Position numbers and translations under genes: made by a program. From assembly GCA_020137815.1 (NCBI GenBank), contig CM035361.1:4898001-4962000 (forward strand): a stretch of DNA of 64,000 bases. The letters run 5' to 3'. The stretch is from Hormiphora californensis (Eukaryota; Animalia; Ctenophora). Each line of letters begins with the position of its first letter. Position 1 is the first letter of the stretch. A model generated the notes under the pieces. It searched no databases and had not been told where the DNA came from. It saw only the letters and a program-made list of their open reading frames with translations. This document shows, one piece after another, positions 56,991 to 64,000 of the stretch.

Positions 56991-57605
56991 GAGATGGTGG
57001 AGAAATTAGAATATATAAACATATTATATGGGTGGCTCCTATTAGCTCAACGCGGAGGGAGGGAGAGATAGATAGAGAGATAGAAAGACAGAGGGAGAGA
57101 TAGAGAGACAGAGAGACAGAGCGAGAGAGAGAGAACATGTTCGACTGTCATTACTCAGACTTGTCATTACAGACTAGTGACCCTAATTTCTCTTCTCGCC
57201 TCCGGCCTCTCGTAGAACGGTTGTGTAGCTAGTCCGCCCACTGTAAATTGGAGTGGTGATGGATAATCTTGAATTTTAATTTTAAATGCATTTTTCATTG
57301 CTACGATACATATTGATTGGGCTTTTACTTGGCAATTTTCAATGAATAAATTATTGTCTCTTGACTCGTGTGGTAGTTGATAGGGAATAGGGATAACGCG
57401 GGGTCTTCTGTATAGTGTGCACCACATGTCCCATCCGCCTCTATCTTTGTCCCTCTCTTTCTCTATCTTTGTCGCTTTCTTCTCTATCTTTGTCCCTCTC
57501 TTTCTTCCTCTTCTCTATCTAGACCATGCCAACTCTCTTTTCCCTAAGTGTGCCAGTTGTCGTTATGTTCAACTTGTAGTGAAGGGGTCTAATTCTTTCT
57601 TTCTA

Positions 57606-57668
<63 letters not shown>

Positions 57669-58247
57669 CTCTCTCTCTCTCGCTCTCTCTCTCCCCCCTC
57701 TTTCTCTCACTATCACTATCTCTATCTCTCTTTCCCTCTCTCTTTCTCTCTCGCTCTCTTACCACCCAAGGCAGACTCTAAATCCCGCCTTTAATTCCAG
57801 GGATGGTCATTACTCCCACATTTGCCTACCACGTGTCCCATACGTGTGTCGCGGGATCTCATGTTATATTAGAATTTCTTTCTCCCAGATCCTACTTTAC
57901 GTAGACTGAAACCTGCATTTTTCATGCATATATTTATGATAAATCAACAAACTTGAGACGAGCATATATCTCTCATGCTCTTAGTTATATATTGATTATC
58001 TAAGCCTAGCTCGTTCACTTCTTCCTTTCATTTTCTATACCGTGTAAACTCTTTCTGCTCCAGTGATATAATTTACACTGACTGTCTGCTTTATACTCGA
58101 GTCAAGCGTGACGAAGCACTAAGCAGACAGTCGAGTGCTTCAACTGTCTTTTTACCACCCTGTAGATTTACCTAAATTATTCTAGCTACTCGTAAAAATA
58201 AAGATTGTGCCAAAAATGGATTCTACAGAACAATACTTTCTATTATA

Positions 58248-58316
<69 letters not shown>

Positions 58317-58957
58317 TCTCGTTCTCTCTCTTTCTCGTTCTCTCTCTTTCTCCCTCAATCTCTTTTTCTTTCTCTCGCTCCCTCTCTCAATCTCGTTCCC
58401 TCTCCCTCCCTTCCGCCTGTTCTATAGGGCCTATTATTCCCTTTCGGGTATTATCAGCTAGCACCTGAATACAGCTTGCTTGGCTGCTAGCCCCTTCCAC
58501 CCTCCTTCAATGCACACCTCCACTTATCTCTCTCTTTCTATAGCTGTCCCTCTCTCTACCTCTCTCTCTCTTTATCTGGTACAATCCATTCCTCTCTTTT
58601 GTATCTACAAACCAGTCCTCTCTTTTATATCTACATAATATGCAAATCTCTCAGACTGGGTGAGAGTCCAGAGCCCCTGCATGCACTGCTTTATAGAAGC
58701 TTCTATTCTTAGCGTGATCTGATATTTCTTATCTCTTATTTGTCATCATTAGGGGGTATGTATAGTGCCGGATAACCCGGATAGCCTTGATAATCCGGAT
58801 ATTTGACATTTTTGTGATAGCCGGATAGTCAAGCTAGCATCACTTTCTCCTTTCTCACCCATATAAAATCTCTTATTTGTCATAATTTACATTCGTTATT
58901 ATCTATAGTTAGAACCTGGAGCATCCATCGTCGATCCTTAGTAATTCTGGTCTGTAT

Positions 58958-60180
58958 ATTTAGAGCAAAAACTAATTGAAATTAGTTCGCCAGAAAGGTG
59001 GCCCATTTTGAACTTACTCCTTCATTTCCGTCACCTTTGAGTTGAGGCTTCAAAGACATTGAGGTATCCGTAAACTTTTCCGCCTTCAACTCAAAGGTGA
59101 CGGAAATGAAGGAGTAAGTTCAAAATGGGCCACCTTTCTGGCGAACTAATTTCAATTAGTTTTTGCTCTAAATTTGTACTCTTTTTTTGTCGTTTGAGGT
59201 CATTTATGACCTCAAACAACTAAGATAATTGTCAACTAAAATCTTTAAATGTAATTCAAATGTATCCTGGGTTGTAGGAAACTGATTTGACGAAATTTTC
59301 AAAATTCGACGTCGTTTTGACGTCGTGACGTCATATGTGACGTCACGACGACGTAAAAATTATGGCAGACTATTTGGCCAATGCAGCACTAAACGTGTGA
59401 AAAGTTTTAAAGGCCATGGTAGTCAAGAACTGAAGTTATTGCACGAATTATGAGTTTTTTTGTGGATTTTCACTTCAAATTTTTGAGTTCCGACGCGTTT
59501 TAAGGTCTAAAAATGACAAGTTAGAGAAATTCGCTATATAGTATCTGAAAGTTCAGACAATTTGCCACTAACGATTTTCCGTCAAATCAGGAATCAGAAT
59601 ACGTTTTGAGGGTGTTAGAGGCGTTTAAAAATATTTGGTCTGAGATTTTTCAATGACGTCACTTTGTGACGTCACTACGGTCGTCATAGTGAACATTTTC
59701 ACTTAAAACCTTAAAACTAATGCATGCCCCGAACGATTTCCTAACGGATAAAGCTTAGTTCAAGTCTCTAGCTAGTATGGTTCGGGCTACAAGTGTTACA
59801 CAGTGAAGCGTCTATATCTATATATCTATATATATATTATCTATATATCTAGGGCCACCTTTGCGCTTGCCAGCGCAGTGATCTATATACCTATCGCCAC
59901 ACTGAATTTTCTGTTTTGGGGGTGGTGTCATAACTTGCGACCGGACTGAGCTAGCTACTTCAAATTTTTACCGTCAATAGAGGTCTATGTGAAGCTTCTT
60001 AGTACCAAATTTCAGCCTCCTAGCTCATCTGGTTCCGGAGTTAGGAGGGGTCGAAAAGTGCCAAAATGGGCTAAAACTTCAAAATTGTTATATCTACGCT
60101 GTTGGCAAGCGGGCCCACTTTTTCGGGAAAAGTTTTTGGGGGATGGGATGGGGCCACCTTTGCGCTTGCCAGCGCAGTGA
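58958..60180. mobile_element. Helentron/DINE-like non-autonomous element region with an internal long palindrome
   Basis: Inverted repeat of about 88 bp (58958-59046 vs 59085-59173); AAGGTGGCCC / GGGCCACCTT sub-terminal inverted motif followed by the hairpin TGCGCTTGCCAGCGCA, present twice (59852, 60151). The classification is inferred. Confidence 0.5.
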
Positions 60181-60339
60181 CGACGTTGAGAGAGATAGGG
60201 AGAGGGAGGGCCAGGGACGTTGTGAGAGATAGAGAGAGGGACAGATGGTAGTATGCTAATGAAGAAGAGTGATAGAATGAGTGGCTAACGAAGAGAGAGG
60301 AAGAGAGAGAGAGGGAGAGAGAGAGAGAGCGAGAGAAAG

Positions 60340-60412
<73 letters not shown>

Positions 60413-60885
60413 GAGAGAAAGAAAGAAAGAGAGAAAGATAGAGAAGGGGGTAATGTATGGTAACAAGGTGAGCCCCCTGGAACCAAGTCCACGGCGATTC
60501 TACCCCATTCTTTACCTCTCTTGTGTTCCTTGTTCGCCGACAGATCTCATCGGGTATTAATTAAATTAGGAAAAATTGGAAATGAAAGAGACATTGAGAG
60601 AGACAGAAATGACACAAAATGTGGCTGGCATAAAATGAGTTGGGAGATTAGAGAAAGAGAGAGAGAGAAAGAGCAAGAGACAAAGACAGAGAGACAGAGA
60701 GGAACAGAGAAATACAGATCAGATCATTATGATGTTTCTTAATTAGCTGGCGTTTTGCCCGGTGCTTGTGTTACAGTTGTATGGTGGGTTCATTATTTAA
60801 GAGCAATGACCGAGGTTTCAGTTTATATCTTTCTGTTTTCTGAAACCATCTCTCGCATTATGCCTCTTTCCTCTATCGTATCTCT

Positions 60886-60968
<83 letters not shown>

Positions 60969-61164
60969 TCTCTCTCTCTCTCTCACTATATCTCCCTCTT
61001 GCTCTCTAACATTTCCCCCTCCCTCGCGTTAGCGCCCTAGCCTGTGTCATTAATTATCGGTCATCATCATATTAGTTGATCAGAGCATCAGCACAGGCAT
61101 TTTGACACGTATGATTGCTGATGTTAGACAGTTTGATAGCGAGATAGATAGGGGCAGAGAGAGA

Positions 61165-61254
<90 letters not shown>

Positions 61255-61582
61255 AAGTATGAAAAAGAGGGAGGGAGCGAGAGAGGGAGGTTCATCAAAT
61301 TGTGATTATCTATCGGTGATATATCGTCACATGATGATAATGATGAGGTATAACCTTGTTCAACCAACCTAATTTATCGGTAGAATCCAAGCTATTCTTG
61401 AATCCTATTTCTAGCAGGAACAATGATTGGCATTGATCAGATATTTTTTGACAATGCATGCATATATATTATATATATAATTTGGTATTGAATTATTCAA
61501 GTGATATAGTGGTTTATCAGTTATCTTGGATCGAGGAACTTCAGAGTAAACGTGCGAGGAGAACTATCAAGGATGATTTATT

Positions 61583-63338
61583 TGATATGTGGGGTACCCC
61601 AAGGATCCCTCCTTGGTCCAGTCTTGTTTCTTCTCTATGTGGAGGAACTTCAGGATCTGGTGCGTGCATATGGGCTTAAAATTAAGCTATATGCAGATGA
61701 CTCACAGATTTATGTGAGTCTGGTTCCCTGTGATGTAAGTTGAGAACATGAATCATGCTGCCAGACCAAACCCAAAGAACCGAGACAAACCCCGCAAAAC
61801 CAACCTCCACACAAAACAACCAGCAAACCTCCACCAAACCTCCAAACCTCTACCAACCTCCAAAGCTCCAACAACCTCCAAACCTCCACCAAACCTCCAC
61901 CAACCTCCAAACCTCCACACCTAAACGCAACCTAACCACACCTAACACAATGGAAAGGAACGAAGAGGAATGTTGAGGAATGTCTTGATCGCCTCAAGGC
62001 ATGGATGGTCAAGCACTGGTTGAAATGCAATGAGTCGAAGACGGAACTTCTCATCCTGGGTAAAAGTAGTGCTATCGATAAGCTTACTTTTGAACCGTCG
62101 GTTAGGTTTGGAGATGTGGATATCGGTCCTATTGACTTCAAGGGTACTTCGGGCAAGACTCTGGGTATTTACATGGATGAAAACTTGACTTTGGAGCGTC
62201 AGGTGAACAGTGTGAGAAAACATTGTGGAATGCTGTTGAAGAATTTATGGCAGGTCAATCGTTGTCTGGACTTCTCCACCAAAGTTCTCTTGGTGAAGCA
62301 GCTTGTTATCTCCCGTCTGGATTATTGTAATATCCTTTATGGAGGTCTTCCAAAGAAGCTCATTGCCCGTCTTCAGAAGGTGCTCAATTCCTGTGTTAGG
62401 TTCATCTATGGACTGCATGGTCATCAAGATGATTACCTGCCCTACCTGAGAGAGACTCACATTCTCCCTATTGAGCAACGTGTTGTCTTCAAATCATGTC
62501 TTATGGCCTACAAGATCATACATGGAAGTGCTCCAGACTACCTCTGTGAGCAAATACCTGCGGACAATGTACTGGATGTACCCCGCCGGACCAGAGCGAC
62601 TACTGTGCCCGATCTCTTTAAGCTCCGGTACCCCAAACTGTCGAGTGTGAATGCCAGTTCTAAACTGAGGAAAAGGAGACCGTCAGTTCTCCTACCGGAC
62701 CTTTGGAATGCCCTCCCCCTCGATCTGAGGTCGTTGACCACTGTGGAATCGTTTAAGACCCGTCTCAAGACAAGACTGTTCGTGGAATCCTTTGGGGCTG
62801 ACTAGTTGTGTCTTTCCTCTTTCCGGATTTCCCCTATCGCTATCCTATCACTCGCTGTACTGTCTATCAGGTAAGACGTGTGTTTGTACTGTGTGTCCCT
62901 CGTGACAAGTTTTTCTAGCACATCTTTTTGGGTTTGAAGCACGAGTGTCTGAGTGTGTAATACTATTTTTATTCAGTGTTCAGTTTCCGCTTTTTCCTGG
63001 GCGATGTCTGTGTTGAGGGTGGTTCAGAGATTTATCTGAACCTTTTTTGATCTGATAAAGTTTTTTTGGAGAGGTGTAAAGGTTGTAGAGGATATTTTTT
63101 GAAGCTATATTTTTTGTCTTCTTACCATTTATGTCTGTTATGAATCCGATTGTATTTCTTCCATCTCATGAGAGCAGGTTAATTTGGTTTTTACCACCGT
63201 TTTAGAATCTAATTTTGGTTGAGTGTGTGAGTAAACTGCTCTGATTATCCCTCAGTGGCAGTATTAGCTATGCTATGCTGTCCCTGGGGGATCTGGGCAG
63301 GATACAAGTCTAGATATTATTATTATTATTATTATTAT
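61583..63338 (+). mobile_element. 5'-truncated L2/CR1-group LINE related to the 9.5-14.5 kb element (RT C-terminal part, interrupted)
   Basis: CGVPQGSLLGPVLFLLY..YADDSQIYVSLVP (61588-61734), an insertion of about 210 bp, then VEECLDRLKAWMVKHWLKCNESKTE...FKTRLKTRLF to stop at 62805; 3' hairpin and (ATT)n tail 63316-63337. Confidence 0.92.
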
Positions 63339-63532
63339 AGTAGAACTCTCTCTTACTCTCTGTCTCTCTCCCTCCCTCTCTCCATCTCTCTCCTTCTCCC
63401 TTCTCCCTCCATCTTGCCCCCTCGTTGCTCAAAGTAATGCAAATATTTTCTAATGGACAGTCTGACATATTCCTCTCTTACTTCAATCTCTTTTTTATGT
63501 GCACCTCATTATTTCTTTACTTGTATGTTTCA

Positions 63533-63607
<75 letters not shown>

Positions 63608-63815
63608 AGTCTCTTCCTTTCTCTCTCGCTTTCACTTTCTCTCTATCGATTTCCCTATTTTAAATATTTATCCCCTCATATATTTCAACCATCTGTCATG
63701 CTGGGGTTAGCTGCTGCGTTTCTAGTCCTGAGATGCGATCCTTGCTCCTTCTACATTTAGTAATCTCATTACCATGATCAATCAAGAGAGCTTTCTATTT
63801 CTCTCTCTCTCTCTA

Positions 63816-63854
<39 letters not shown>

Positions 63855-63891
63855 GTCTCTCTCTCTCTCTCTCACTCTCTCTCACTCTCTC

Positions 63892-63965
<74 letters not shown>

Positions 63966-63966
63966 C

Positions 63967-64000
<34 letters not shown>

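Noticed and set aside
56527-57138. Repetitive ORFs (HNSCSFINTTLAPSS)
   Set aside because: Translations of a 23-bp minisatellite.
54826-58950. Possible additional gene after the gap
   Set aside because: No ORF or exon chain with recognisable protein features; mostly simple repeats and unclassified non-coding sequence.

Overview
Eukaryotic (animal) genomic DNA with many short introns. It is probably from a ctenophore; this is a tentative inference from my recollection of the abundant 109-bp MITE, not a database result. The + strand carries the 3' part of the cytoplasmic dynein-1 heavy chain gene (about 68 coding exons, 1830-45599; the 5' part lies outside the window). Converging on it from the - strand is a complete type-II membrane glycosyltransferase gene with a ricin-B-like lectin domain in front of a B4GALNT-like GT2 domain (47198-53878). 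Introns and flanks hold a near-intact L2/CR1-group LINE whose upstream ORF looks like a BTB/POZ protein, an ORF1-only retroelement, a 5'-truncated related LINE, several foldback and MITE DNA elements, minisatellites, a 100-N gap and about 6 kb of probably artefactual low-quality sequence. Most unusual signals: (1) many splice junctions in both genes are locally duplicated into decoy sites whose exonic parts differ from the real exon mostly at synonymous positions; (2) short introns carry homotypic clusters of transcription-factor-like motifs (CArG+E-box, RFX X-box, IRF-like, TAATTA) and branch-point arrays; (3) the BTB-ORF LINE. All exon coordinates were read by eye.
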